DNA of 64,000 nt from an uncultured Candidatus Bathyarchaeia archaeon (GTDB lineage: Archaea; Thermoproteota; Bathyarchaeia; Bathyarchaeales; Bathycorpusculaceae), in contig CAYVGZ010000001.1 of NCBI GenBank assembly GCA_964450845.1, positions 107,076 to 171,075 of the forward strand. Reading direction: 5' to 3'. The translations under genes were made by a program, and so were the position numbers. Positions within the stretch are counted from its first letter, which is position 1, and every line of letters begins with the position of its first letter. Below, piece by piece: positions 38,631-48,496 of the stretch. The notes beneath the pieces were generated by a model that was not told the origin of the DNA, searched no databases, and worked only from the letters and a program-made list of their open reading frames with translations.

Positions 38631-39068
38631 CTACCTTCTTATTTTAAAGTTCTTTTTCTTTGATACTTTAGTTTTCTTTTTTGGAGTTTCACTCGCAATA
38701 GGAGGACTTATAAGAGTATCAATATCTCTAAACTCTTGAATGTTTCCAAGCCTTGTTTTAATAACTCTTTTCGTGTTATTACGTTTTATATTACTTAGCA
38801 GTATACTTTCGTTTGGAAACGCCTTCTCGGCTTCTTCAGCTGTATATACTGTACCACCAAAGTAGTACGTTCCACTCCAATTCTTTCGCCTACCTTTTAG
38901 TATTTCTCCTGAATCACTTTTACTTTCTTCTATATCGAAGAATCTAAATGCGAAAGTGCCATTTCCAGGATCTTTTACGTTCTCAGGTTTTCTGTCTTTA
39001 ACTTCTGTCTCCGATGTTTCACACATCAGTAGGCCAGGATATAAATATTCAACATAATGTTTAAGCAT
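38631..39068 (-). CDS. Hypothetical protein
   Basis: 145-aa ORF in gene run. Confidence 0.65.
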   Translation of the reverse strand: MLKHYVEYLYPGLLMCETSETEVKDRKPENVKDPGNGTFAFRFFDIEESKSDSGEILKGRRKNWSGTYYFGGTVYTAEEAEKAFPNESILLSNIKRNNTKRVIKTRLGNIQEFRDIDTLISPPIASETPKKKTKVSKKKNFKIRR

Positions 39069-39069
39069 T

Positions 39070-40758
39070 TTATACTCCCATTTCTTGTATGAATCTAGGC
39101 GTAGGCCCAGAATAGCACATGTATAGCTTATTCTTGGCTCTAGTCACGCCAACATAAAATAATCTTCTTTCATCTTCTATTTCTATTTTTCTTCCTGGCT
39201 TTGCTTCAAGGTACATTTCACACCAAGGAAGAATTATTACTGATTGTTCTAATCCCTTGTATCCATGAACTGTAGATAGTTCTATCTTTGCTGTATCTGA
39301 ACCTTGTTCTTCTTCTGGTCCATTTAAGCCTAGCTCATCTGCTAACATATGGATACTGTCTTGAGTAATAGACATACTTTTTGTTATATCTATTAGAAAC
39401 TCTCTCATCTCGGATTGATAATCAAAAGACTTCATGAATACATTCTCGGCAAGGCGAACTAGCACGTCCAGCGCTGAATTAATATGGCTCTGAAATGTAT
39501 CTTGAAGAAATTTTAAACTCGAAAGTTTCTTTTGTTTCTTAGGATCGGCTAGCCACTCACTAACTACAGCTTGAATAGAAGTTTTTTCGGATTCTTCTTT
39601 AAGCTTCTTGATACTTGCTGTGCCTAGACCTTTTAATGCTTTAGAAGCTTGTTCTAGGTCAAAGATATCATATCTATTAGAAGCAATCTTAAGGCAGGAG
39701 ATCATTACCCGTACCGCAGAGCGGTCAGTTATATCAAGGAAGTCGTTGACCTTGTACTCTAATCTAGCTTTGCGAAGAGCAAACTCTAGATGGTATTTAA
39801 ACGTTCTGTTCCTATAGAGTATAGCTATGTTAGTGTCAGGGTTCTGTTGACACTTGAGGACAACGTAGTCTACCTGCTCAAACGGATTGGCACACTTGTA
39901 ATGTAAAACCTTACCTTCTTCTTGGCTGTATGCCTTAATTACTTTCTTAATTCTTATCTTGTTGTTTTCTATTAGCTTACTAGATAGCTTAACAATTTTT
40001 TTATCTGATCTAAAATTGACTCCCATGTTCATAACTTCACAATTAAATTCTTTAATGAAGTCTGCTACATTTTGTGGTCGCGCCCCCCGCCAAGCATATA
40101 TACTTTGGTCGTCATCAGCGACTCCGATAACATTACAATGTGTCTGACTGAAAATTCTCTTGAGCATTTCGAGCTGTGGACCTGATGTGTCTTGGAGTTC
40201 ATCAACGAGTAAGTGCGTAATTTGGATATACTTGTTCTCAGTACACTTCATGTCTTTGCTGTTGCTAATATTGATGAACCTGAGAATGATGTCATCAAAG
40301 TCGAGTAGATTGTACCGTGCGAGTTCTTCGTTGTACTTCTGGATTATTGGAGTGGTATTAACGGGAAACGCGCTTTTCGCATTAGAGATATGTTCATAAA
40401 TAGATTCAAATCTATCCTTGTCTTTTCTGCAGTTGAAAAGAGTTTTTATTATCAGGCGCTTCTTATGCTCGTCGCATATCGAAGCAGTTAAACCGCTCTG
40501 CTTCATTAATCTATATGCTATTCCGTGGAAGGTGCCAGAAATTATTCTGGACTTGTCTAACTCACCACACTTAGCAGTGATTGATTCAGCTGCTTTATTG
40601 GTAAAGGTTACCAACATTACGCGGTTGGATGGGTCTTGTAATAGCTTTGCGCAGATCTGAGAGAGCATGGTGCTCTTACCAGAACCTGGTGCTGCACTAA
40701 TGTAAATGTTCTTATGAGAGTTAGATAGTATTGCTTTTTGTTCATCCGTCAGATTCAA
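39070..40758 (-). CDS. uvrD: UvrD/Rep/PcrA-family SF1 helicase
   Basis: AAPGSGKS, TFTNKAA, TFHG, VDELQD, DDDQSIYAWRGA, NFRS, STVHGYKGLE, EDERRLFYVGVTRAK. Confidence 0.92.
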   Translation of the reverse strand: MNLTDEQKAILSNSHKNIYISAAPGSGKSTMLSQICAKLLQDPSNRVMLVTFTNKAAESITAKCGELDKSRIISGTFHGIAYRLMKQSGLTASICDEHKKRLIIKTLFNCRKDKDRFESIYEHISNAKSAFPVNTTPIIQKYNEELARYNLLDFDDIILRFINISNSKDMKCTENKYIQITHLLVDELQDTSGPQLEMLKRIFSQTHCNVIGVADDDQSIYAWRGARPQNVADFIKEFNCEVMNMGVNFRSDKKIVKLSSKLIENNKIRIKKVIKAYSQEEGKVLHYKCANPFEQVDYVVLKCQQNPDTNIAILYRNRTFKYHLEFALRKARLEYKVNDFLDITDRSAVRVMISCLKIASNRYDIFDLEQASKALKGLGTASIKKLKEESEKTSIQAVVSEWLADPKKQKKLSSLKFLQDTFQSHINSALDVLVRLAENVFMKSFDYQSEMREFLIDITKSMSITQDSIHMLADELGLNGPEEEQGSDTAKIELSTVHGYKGLEQSVIILPWCEMYLEAKPGRKIEIEDERRLFYVGVTRAKNKLYMCYSGPTPRFIQEMGV

Positions 40759-41026
40759 TATATAATCCTTGGTCTGAAGCTAAGATAAGGTTCTGTTCAT
40801 TTACATATGTATGTTGACCAACCTTAACCTTATACTTGGTAAAATCTAGAATTCTAACTGGGAATACCCAAGTTCTAGTTCTGTTTGACATAGATACAGT
40901 TTTTATTCTAAAACAGATATCACCAATATGTAGTTCTCTTCCGAACTTATCTTGTATTTTTTCTTTTTCTGTTTCCATATTATTTTGGATTGGTTGGTAG
41001 TTGGTAAGGCCATGGAGTTGCATCAA
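40742..41026 (-). CDS. Hypothetical protein
   Basis: Probable start METEKE at 40980; KDKFGRELHIGD pattern. Confidence 0.55.
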   Translation of the reverse strand: MMQLHGLTNYQPIQNNMETEKEKIQDKFGRELHIGDICFRIKTVSMSNRTRTWVFPVRILDFTKYKVKVGQHTYVNEQNLILASDQGLYIESDG

Positions 41027-41351
41027 CTATAGCATCAGTATTAACATATAACGGGTGCTGAAATGGTTCAACTTCTATGAACACGTCAGTTTTTCTTAGG
41101 CATTCAAAGAACCTTCCAGTATCAGCTATCCAGCTGGCGTCTTCCATTACTATGAATTTGCCACATATTCGTGTTACTCTACCAACATCTACCATAGTGA
41201 TTGTTCTAATCAAGTAGCTTTTTCCAACCTCAAATGGTAGTTGTGGATTAACTGCTGCTCGTACAGTTTCGCTTAGAGCTTGTTCCAGCTCAGCCGCAAT
41301 CTCATCAGCTACTACTGTATCACTGATTACTTTCCTCAGATTGATCTTCAA
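40980..41351 (-). CDS. Hypothetical phage protein
   Basis: KSYLIRTITM..VGRV...DASWIADTGRF motif. Confidence 0.65.
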   Translation of the reverse strand: MKINLRKVISDTVVADEIAAELEQALSETVRAAVNPQLPFEVGKSYLIRTITMVDVGRVTRICGKFIVMEDASWIADTGRFFECLRKTDVFIEVEPFQHPLYVNTDAIVDATPWPYQLPTNPK

Positions 41352-42435
41352 TTTCTGCTTCTCCTTGATAAGACATTACTTGTTTTGTATACTCAGCATT
41401 AATTCTGGCTTCCATCCAGCTTACAGCATTATCTGGAACTCTATTATAGAAGTCGTTGAATCCCCTAGCTGTAAACTCCATTGGTTTTCCATTATCATCG
41501 TATATGAGTTTCTTTCCATCATGAAGTCCAACATCTTTAGCTAATGCAACTACGTTGAACTTATGTTCAAACTTACCCTCTTTGAAATACATGTTAATCT
41601 TGTTGCCACGGTACCTATTCAGTATCTTAGCCTTATCAAGAGATAGTACTACAACGAATGAATTGGGCGGGATAGACTCTTTACCAGACGGCCACTCACT
41701 ATCTCCAGCTCTACGCATCTGAATAGTAATTAGATTGTAGTGCTTAAGAGCATTTCCGCCTGTCTGCTTATCCCTAGCAAACATTGGATTGCTTAAGTCT
41801 GTTCTGACTTGTGATCCAAACAAGAGGGTGAGTTGACCAATCGAGCGGGAAGTATACATCCTGAAGAATTGAGAGTACACTCTTGGCAGTAATGCCATAG
41901 AGTTATCTTCAGTTGATCTGAGCTTCTGTGTGTCGCCCTTGTATAATTCTTGTTTTGATGCTAATGCTTGTAGCGTATCGACTACGAGAAGGTTATATCC
42001 GTTTTCTGGGTCTGCAGCATCAATACAGAAATCTGTATTGTTTTCTGCAGTCTCACCTTCCATTATAACAACTTCATTAGGGTCAACGCCAACAGCAGAA
42101 GCATAGACTCTATCGAGTGACTTTTCGGCAGACACGTAGCCAGGTAGAAAGTCAGTAAGCGTTCTTTGACAGTGCTTAATGATTTCAAAGAATGTTGTAG
42201 TTTTTCCTGCACCTTCGCCTCCATATATTAAATTAACATGTCCTTTAGCAAGGCCTCCATTTGTAAGAGTATCTAGTGCTATAAGACCTGTAGGTAGTTT
42301 CTCGATGTTACCTAATGATTCGTCATCCGAGAGGAAGCCTATCTTCATTTTCTTCTGGTTTTCGTCCTTATGATCCTTCAAGAATTTCTGGATCATCTTC
42401 TGTGCTTGTTTCTTTTTCTCAGCACTCAGTGCCAT
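41320..42435 (-). CDS. recA: RecA/UvsX-like recombinase
   Basis: PTG..ALD..TNGGL, YGGEGAGKTT, AEKSLD..YA..VGVD, VVDT, TGGNALKHY. Confidence 0.9.
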   Translation of the reverse strand: MALSAEKKKQAQKMIQKFLKDHKDENQKKMKIGFLSDDESLGNIEKLPTGLIALDTLTNGGLAKGHVNLIYGGEGAGKTTTFFEIIKHCQRTLTDFLPGYVSAEKSLDRVYASAVGVDPNEVVIMEGETAENNTDFCIDAADPENGYNLLVVDTLQALASKQELYKGDTQKLRSTEDNSMALLPRVYSQFFRMYTSRSIGQLTLLFGSQVRTDLSNPMFARDKQTGGNALKHYNLITIQMRRAGDSEWPSGKESIPPNSFVVVLSLDKAKILNRYRGNKINMYFKEGKFEHKFNVVALAKDVGLHDGKKLIYDDNGKPMEFTARGFNDFYNRVPDNAVSWMEARINAEYTKQVMSYQGEAEIEDQSEESNQ

Positions 42436-42698
42436 GTGTTTCTCCCTCTGTTCTAAGCAGAATAAAATTTCTTATCAATACTAGTTTCCATTTATTGCTC
42501 TCATCTTTATCTTTATTATTACTGTCTTTTATAAATTCAGCTATTTCTTTTATTTGCTTGAAGTCTGCTATTGGTCTATTTTATAAGTTATTTCTATCAT
42601 TCCTTCGCCAGTGTCGCTACGTTGAGCTTCGTAAAGGATACAAAATAAATATATTTTGGTCTGGTATCTGGTTCAGATTTAGTCTTTCTTAGGTTCAT
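42419..42698 (-). pseudogene. Hypothetical gene with two single-base frameshifts
   Basis: MNLRK...YIYFVSF / EAQRSDTGEGMIEITY / RPIADFKQIKEIAEFI...IRNFILLRTE; adding one T to a TTT run and one A to an AAAA run joins the pieces. Confidence 0.55.
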
Positions 42699-43230
42699 TT
42701 TCTTTCTCATCAAATAAGTTATACATAGTTAGATCGTCGTATGCATAGTCTATCTGGCTTTGTATTCTCTCTAACAGTTTCTTATTAGTCTGAGCAAGTT
42801 CATTTGCAGCTAATGCTACTCCTTGGAGCTCTCGCTTAGCTCTTAATAGAGCTATCTCATCTTTAATATTTTTACAGAAGTTATGAAGCACCATAAGTCT
42901 TCGTTTAACTATAATGGACATTATGAGCATGTTAACTGTATCTTCTGTATCTTTATTGATTGGAATGGACATTACCTGTCCAGCTTTTGATGAGCTAAAG
43001 AATAGCGGAAACTTTTCTAATAGCTTAGCTGAACCTAGAAGACGCGTTACATCCTTCTCAAGGATAGAGAAGTTTTTATCTTCTGTTTGCTTACACTGGC
43101 AGATAAGAGTATTACCAACCACATCTTCTTCTTGCTTTGTTGCTCCACTAAGTGGAGTTCTCTTTGTCCCGTCTTCGATCGTTAGATGTCTAACGAAGTC
43201 TTCAAACTTTTCCCATTCAAACATTGTCAA
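42679..43230 (-). CDS. Hypothetical protein, possible Holliday-junction/PD-(D/E)xK-like N-terminus
   Basis: WEKFE...RTPLSGA...EDV...CQCK pattern. Confidence 0.55.
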   Translation of the reverse strand: MTMFEWEKFEDFVRHLTIEDGTKRTPLSGATKQEEDVVGNTLICQCKQTEDKNFSILEKDVTRLLGSAKLLEKFPLFFSSSKAGQVMSIPINKDTEDTVNMLIMSIIVKRRLMVLHNFCKNIKDEIALLRAKRELQGVALAANELAQTNKKLLERIQSQIDYAYDDLTMYNLFDEKENEPKKD

Positions 43231-43558
43231 ACCCCGCAGTCTTTAACGCTTCATATACTTGTCGTGCATAGGTATCGATGTCCCACTTAGTGTTTCTTCC
43301 TTTGCCAGAGATTATCTTAACTGTTTCTTCCCATACTTCTTTAATGCCATTTCGTTCTTGATCTGAAAGAAGCTGGTTTATTTTTCGTTGTACTACTTCT
43401 CTAGTCATTTTCTTTGAGTCTGGATCAACCTTAATACCAAACTCAATAGAGAATGCCTTAGCAACCTGTATTATGTTAGTTTCAAGTGCATCTACGTAAT
43501 GCTTAGACGACACTTGCATTGAATTGTTCAAAGGGATCTGGTTCATTTTTTCCTTCAT
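43217..43558 (-). CDS. Hypothetical protein
   Basis: 113-aa ORF. Confidence 0.55.
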   Translation of the reverse strand: MKEKMNQIPLNNSMQVSSKHYVDALETNIIQVAKAFSIEFGIKVDPDSKKMTREVVQRKINQLLSDQERNGIKEVWEETVKIISGKGRNTKWDIDTYARQVYEALKTAGFDNV

Positions 43559-43760
43559 CGTATAATAGTTCTAGTTTCTTTGTGGCGTCTCTAAGAATTC
43601 TTATGAATTCTAGAAACTTTGCATCATTGGGGTCGGTATTCATACACATCAATTGTATCATACATAAAGATTTAACTGCATACTCGGCTCCCTTGTCTAA
43701 CTCTTTGCTAGAGTTGATGATACATTCTCCAAGTCGTTTATCTGCAACTCTTATTCGCAT
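43503..43760 (-). CDS. Hypothetical protein
   Basis: 85-aa ORF with GGAG RBS. Confidence 0.55.
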   Translation of the reverse strand: MRIRVADKRLGECIINSSKELDKGAEYAVKSLCMIQLMCMNTDPNDAKFLEFIRILRDATKKLELLYDEGKNEPDPFEQFNASVV

Positions 43761-43769
43761 CTGTTCTCC

Positions 43770-44363
43770 TTATATAGTTATGTCGAGGGAATCGAGATCT
43801 AGCTTCTTAGTGTTAGCTGCTTCCTTCTTTGTTACTTGAGGCTTTACTGGCGGAAGAGTAAGATCCTCTATTTTCTTTTTAGGGAACTTTTCTTTCAATT
43901 TAAACCAGTTTACTAAACCTCTATAAGCTACGCTGTCCTTTTCGAGCTTTCCCTCTTCAAGAAGCTTCTCTGCTTCTTTGTAATACTTTTCATCAGCAGT
44001 GCCTAATAGATACACTATATCTGCATCACATTTGATTTCATGTATTACATCGTCGACTCTTTTTTGTTCGAGTTCGACTAAAATTACTGCATCTGCTATC
44101 ATATTTATAGCCATGCGAGAAATGGACTGCTTAAATACATTGTTTAATGTTTCAGCAGATACTCCATCTGGTAGATGGCCATCACTCTGAAGCCTAGCGA
44201 TATCATCCTTGATATCTACACTCTTTACATACTCTCGTACTACTGTGGAGTAGATAGGAGACGCCTTTATTGCTTTCAAATAGGTGCCATATGCGGCACT
44301 AGACTTAAACTCATCAAGTTTTCTAGTCTCAGCTGCTGTTAGTTTAAAGCCTGCGTCTATCAT
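43770..44363 (-). CDS. Hypothetical protein
   Basis: 197-aa ORF. Confidence 0.65.
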   Translation of the reverse strand: MIDAGFKLTAAETRKLDEFKSSAAYGTYLKAIKASPIYSTVVREYVKSVDIKDDIARLQSDGHLPDGVSAETLNNVFKQSISRMAINMIADAVILVELEQKRVDDVIHEIKCDADIVYLLGTADEKYYKEAEKLLEEGKLEKDSVAYRGLVNWFKLKEKFPKKKIEDLTLPPVKPQVTKKEAANTKKLDLDSLDITI

Positions 44364-44782
44364 TACTTGCCTCCTCTAAATTTGAGTGCTCGTCTTGCTG
44401 CTCTGTTGAGTGCGATTGCTTCTCTTTTCTTAAACATTTCTGCTTGTTGTTCGTCTCGATGTCTCTTCATCTTTGTAATCCATTCTTTTATCTCTACATC
44501 TGAGCATTCCTTAAAGTATATCTTTAAGGTGGAGTAATCAACAAGCGTTGCTATCCTCTTTGGTTCTGTAACATCGAACCCAACTAAGAATCCTCTTCCT
44601 GTGGATGTATCTACAGTAGGGACTATTTCATATCCTATCTCTACAGCCTTGCTTTCAAACTCTTGTACTGAACTCATCTCATAGAATTCAGTAGAAGGTG
44701 CACTTGATAAGTTACCTTCTAGTTGTTTGGCGAAGGCTTGCATATGATTAGGGAGGTTTCCTACATTTTCAATTTTGTTCAT
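44363..44782 (-). CDS. Hypothetical protein
   Basis: 139-aa ORF. Confidence 0.65.
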   Translation of the reverse strand: MNKIENVGNLPNHMQAFAKQLEGNLSSAPSTEFYEMSSVQEFESKAVEIGYEIVPTVDTSTGRGFLVGFDVTEPKRIATLVDYSTLKIYFKECSDVEIKEWITKMKRHRDEQQAEMFKKREAIALNRAARRALKFRGGK

Positions 44783-45368
44783 TTGCTTTCCTTTCTAATC
44801 CTAGGAAGCTCATGCATTCTTTAACTCTATCGTCAATGTTTTCAGCTTTGATATCTACAAAGAATCCAGGCCTGAATATCTTGAATAGTGCACGTATTTG
44901 CATATCTGCGTCGTCTCTCCATTCCTGATTAAATTGATGAGGTGCTCTAACACCATCATCAACTGGGGTAAGAACTGGAGGAAAATGAAAGATATAATTA
45001 TAGCGAGGATATGGATGATTGAGCTTAGTCATCATCTTAAATATGTCATTGAACAGCATTACATCCTTAGGTTTTCTTCTTGGCATTTGATTAGCATATA
45101 GGAAACCTAGAAAGACTGGGCTATCTGTAACCATTACTTCTAGTTTGTCTGTGCAGACGCTATCTTCCCATTCAATCTGCTTATTTGTAATTCTATACTG
45201 TTCCCAGAGATGCTCAATCTCACCGTGCTTGCTGATATATTTTCTAGCATATTCTTGCACTAATTCTACTTTTGAGTATTCAGTAGTCTTTCTCATCTGA
45301 GCAACCATGGCCCTAGCTGTAGATGTCTTACCAGCTCCAGGCACTCCTGTAAATCCAATTCTTATCAT
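44769..45368 (-). CDS. NadR-like P-loop kinase/ATPase (AAA_28 type)
   Basis: IGFTGVPGAGKTS, EYARKY, VTDSP, DDGVR. Confidence 0.8.
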   Translation of the reverse strand: MIRIGFTGVPGAGKTSTARAMVAQMRKTTEYSKVELVQEYARKYISKHGEIEHLWEQYRITNKQIEWEDSVCTDKLEVMVTDSPVFLGFLYANQMPRRKPKDVMLFNDIFKMMTKLNHPYPRYNYIFHFPPVLTPVDDGVRAPHQFNQEWRDDADMQIRALFKIFRPGFFVDIKAENIDDRVKECMSFLGLERKANEQN

Positions 45369-45952
45369 TCTATAATGTTTCCTTCGTCTGTAAACTTTGC
45401 TATCTCTCTAGCAACAAAGTTGTTTCCAGATCTTATTTCTTTGAATATATCTATATACTTCATGTTGTATAGGGGGTTTCCGCCTGTCACATTTGTAATC
45501 CAGATACTGGTATCAAAGGCATTAACTTTTTCTATTGTGCTATATGGTGCCCAGCCCATCTTTGGATCTTGTCTTATCTGTGATGTAAATATAATACTTG
45601 AGCTAGGTCTACGCAAGCTTCCGAGAGAAATTACTAAGTCCTTATTAATCATAAGGATATCTCCTGGATCTATTATTAGGCAGTCGTAGTTATAACCAGA
45701 ACTCTGAAGTAACTCGAGGAAGGAATCTAGAGGGGACTCTACCCATATAGCATTCTTAAGCACCCGAGAGTAATACTTAGAAACAAAGTTTCTATCGATA
45801 TCTCTACTAGGGTTGTAATAGATAACTACCCTGTCATTATCTAGTATAGTATTAGCTATGTACAGGGCGAGGGAGGAGCAACCATTATTAGTTGCAGAGG
45901 TAAGTACAACTCTTTTACCATCAATGAAATCTGAAACAATGTCTTTAAGCAT
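45365..45952 (-). CDS. Degenerate RecA-superfamily ATPase-like protein
   Basis: SATNNGCSSLA at the Walker A position (no Lys), LIIDPGD, FTSQIR. Confidence 0.5.
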   Translation of the reverse strand: MLKDIVSDFIDGKRVVLTSATNNGCSSLALYIANTILDNDRVVIYYNPSRDIDRNFVSKYYSRVLKNAIWVESPLDSFLELLQSSGYNYDCLIIDPGDILMINKDLVISLGSLRRPSSSIIFTSQIRQDPKMGWAPYSTIEKVNAFDTSIWITNVTGGNPLYNMKYIDIFKEIRSGNNFVAREIAKFTDEGNIIE

Positions 45953-46054
45953 AATATTTCATAAAAGACTCGTGGTTCGGACTGTTCGTGTGTGCTACCA
46001 ATACTTCAATCCTACTTGCTTCCTCGCATTTGGGTCTTGCACGAGTCTCTATTT

Positions 46055-46249
46055 TTATCCCATTAGCCCTTGTTGTGCAGGCACTGGAATTTCGTACTGG
46101 TAACGTTCGTCTTTGTCTTCATGCTTGGTTACGGATCCAAGCTGCTGTTCGATCTCTTCGATCACGCTGCAGCCTTCTCCGACAAAACCAGCACAGTCAA
46201 AGCTCATCTTACCAGTTCTCTTGTCAATTCTGATCTTGACTTCTTCCAT
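46055..46249 (-). CDS. DUF2997-like protein
   Basis: IRIDKRTG...GFVGEGC...IEQQLG; follows DUF1257-like and AAA genes. Confidence 0.75.
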   Translation of the reverse strand: MEEVKIRIDKRTGKMSFDCAGFVGEGCSVIEEIEQQLGSVTKHEDKDERYQYEIPVPAQQGLMG

Positions 46250-46270
46250 CTTATACTCCTTTGGTTAAGA

Positions 46271-46705
46271 TTACATTCCAAGAGGATTTCTCGAGAATGA
46301 TATCTCGATAAACTCTTTAGTTTCTTTTCTTGCAGATGGATCTGAAGTGAAACCAAGCTGCATTAAGCGGTCGTTGATTTCTGATTCCTTCGAGTGAGCT
46401 GTCACTTCGCACTTAAGGAAATTTGAGCTTATGCTTCGTCCATCCTGTGTTCTTATGCCATAGAAGTCACCTACTGCAGTGTAGGTTCCATCAGCCTGTT
46501 TCTTGAACCCAATTGCGCCGTCAAAGTTCTGAGATCCGTTACCGTCGATTCGAATGTCTACCTCTTCATGGACGCCATAGTGCCCCTTTGTGTAGAGCTT
46601 CGTTCCTTCTGCAGCTTCAGTAAATGTGAAGCCTAGTTTTGTCAGGGCCTGCTTTAGGTAGTGCCCATTGTTCAGTTCAGTCTTTATCTCGGTCTTGTGA
46701 CTCAT
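46271..46705 (-). CDS. DUF1257 (Ycf35)-like protein
   Basis: MSHKTEIKT...LKQALTKLG...IGFKKQADGTY..VGDFY. Confidence 0.8.
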   Translation of the reverse strand: MSHKTEIKTELNNGHYLKQALTKLGFTFTEAAEGTKLYTKGHYGVHEEVDIRIDGNGSQNFDGAIGFKKQADGTYTAVGDFYGIRTQDGRSISSNFLKCEVTAHSKESEINDRLMQLGFTSDPSARKETKEFIEISFSRNPLGM

Positions 46706-46719
46706 GATTCCTCCTACTG

Positions 46720-48480
46720 TTAGATATCAACATCCTCTACGTCGACTGACGCGCGCATGTTTAGGTTTTTAGATTTGTTTGTTGCTACTTTCTTTGTTTC
46801 TTCTTCTCCAGAAACTTTTCTAGCGTTCTTCTCAGACCATCTTCTCATAGGCCCGATTGTATCTTTGGAAATATACGTAATCGGTTTGATAATCTTAAGC
46901 TTATCGATGATGTCCTGTGTAGTCACATCATCCTTGCTTCCAATATCAACCTTCTTGCCTATGCTACGGGAGAACGCTTCTTGAATTGCATCTTGAATCG
47001 AGTATTCGATTTCTGCTCCAGTATAAGTATAGTTCTTTCCTCCAAGCTCGTCTTTATACTCAACTGCAGCTAGTGCATCGAGATCGAACTTAGATGGGTC
47101 TCTTCCGTTTCTTCTAAGATGAATCTGAAAGATCTCTTTTCTCTCTTCACTATTAGGACAATCAGAGAACCAGATCTCATCAAATCTTCCCTTACGCAGA
47201 AGCTCAGGGTGATTTCTGTTAAGAGCGCTGATGTCATTGGCAGTAGCTATGATGAATACATTCGGATGTTCTTCTGACATCCATGTTAGAAGCGTACCAA
47301 TAACACGCGACGTTGTACCACCATCAGTTCTATCTGATGAACCAGCACCAGACAGACCCTTATCAATTTCATCAATGACTACAACGCCACCCGCTGCTGC
47401 AGCCTGCGCCAGCGCCATTCTCATGCGCTTTTCAGACTCACCAACCAAGCCAGCAAAGACCTTACCCATCTCAAGCTTGATTACTCCTACACCAAGATCA
47501 GCTGCTAAGGACTTAGCAATGTAAGTCTTTCCAGATCCTTGCACGCCAAGCAGCATGATACCCTTTGGTGGCTTGGCTCCAAAGGCCTTCGCTTCTTCAG
47601 GATGGTTCATAATGTTCTTACGAACTGCAAACCACTCTTTTAGACCTCTAAATCCGCCAACATCATTTAGCGTAGTATCACATACCCAATATTCAAGTAT
47701 GTCGGACTTGTTGATTACTCCGCGTTTTTCTTCAAGAATGAGATCAGTATTAACCTCTCTCTTAACTGACGTGCTGTAACCAATCGTGTTTAAGATCTGA
47801 TCTTCTGTTAAACCTGAGCATGCACGTGCAACTTCAATAGGATTAAACCCTGCGTTGACTCTATCCTTGTCAGGACAAATTCTGTTGTGGCGCTCAATTC
47901 TTTTCTGAATATTTGGTATAATAGTTTCATGAATCTCGTCTACAGTTGGATAAGGTATTCGTACGAATACACTATCCTTTTCAAGGTCGCTTGGAACTTG
48001 GAGTCCAAATCCCGTAATAACGATAGATGATGATGCACAAGAAGACAAGTAAATAAGGTCTCTGCAGGCACGTAGAGGCCCAGGCTGTTGAAAGAACTTG
48101 TCTGCATCTCTTAGGATGTAGATAGTTTTTACTTCGCCTTCCTCTTCATTCGCAATCTTCTTTCTGCAATCTTCCTCTATAATAGAGAAAGTATTCATGA
48201 TATTTCCGCGAGAGATCAGCTGCCCAGTTGAATCAGCTCGAGCCTTCTTCGACGGATAATCGTGTGGCAGAAATCTTTCAGGATCATCTTCCTTTGGAAT
48301 CTCAATAAGGCCTTGCGTCAAAGACCAGAACTGTACAGAGTGTCCCTTATACTTGCGGAATATCTCTCTGATAAGTCGTGTCTCTTCTGGAGTGTCAACA
48401 AAGATTAGTCCTGTGTCACACTCTATTCTGTTAAACAGCTCATCGAACGACTTCGGAGTAACCGTTTTCTTACTTGCCAT
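46720..48480 (-). CDS. Ycf46-like AAA+ ATPase
   Basis: DVGGFRGLKEW, PKGIMLLGVQGSGKT, IDEIDKG, ATANDI, ELLRKGRFDEIWF. Confidence 0.88.
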   Translation of the reverse strand: MASKKTVTPKSFDELFNRIECDTGLIFVDTPEETRLIREIFRKYKGHSVQFWSLTQGLIEIPKEDDPERFLPHDYPSKKARADSTGQLISRGNIMNTFSIIEEDCRKKIANEEEGEVKTIYILRDADKFFQQPGPLRACRDLIYLSSCASSSIVITGFGLQVPSDLEKDSVFVRIPYPTVDEIHETIIPNIQKRIERHNRICPDKDRVNAGFNPIEVARACSGLTEDQILNTIGYSTSVKREVNTDLILEEKRGVINKSDILEYWVCDTTLNDVGGFRGLKEWFAVRKNIMNHPEEAKAFGAKPPKGIMLLGVQGSGKTYIAKSLAADLGVGVIKLEMGKVFAGLVGESEKRMRMALAQAAAAGGVVVIDEIDKGLSGAGSSDRTDGGTTSRVIGTLLTWMSEEHPNVFIIATANDISALNRNHPELLRKGRFDEIWFSDCPNSEERKEIFQIHLRRNGRDPSKFDLDALAAVEYKDELGGKNYTYTGAEIEYSIQDAIQEAFSRSIGKKVDIGSKDDVTTQDIIDKLKIIKPITYISKDTIGPMRRWSEKNARKVSGEEETKKVATNKSKNLNMRASVDVEDVDI

Positions 48481-48496
48481 GCTTCATCCTTTCGCG

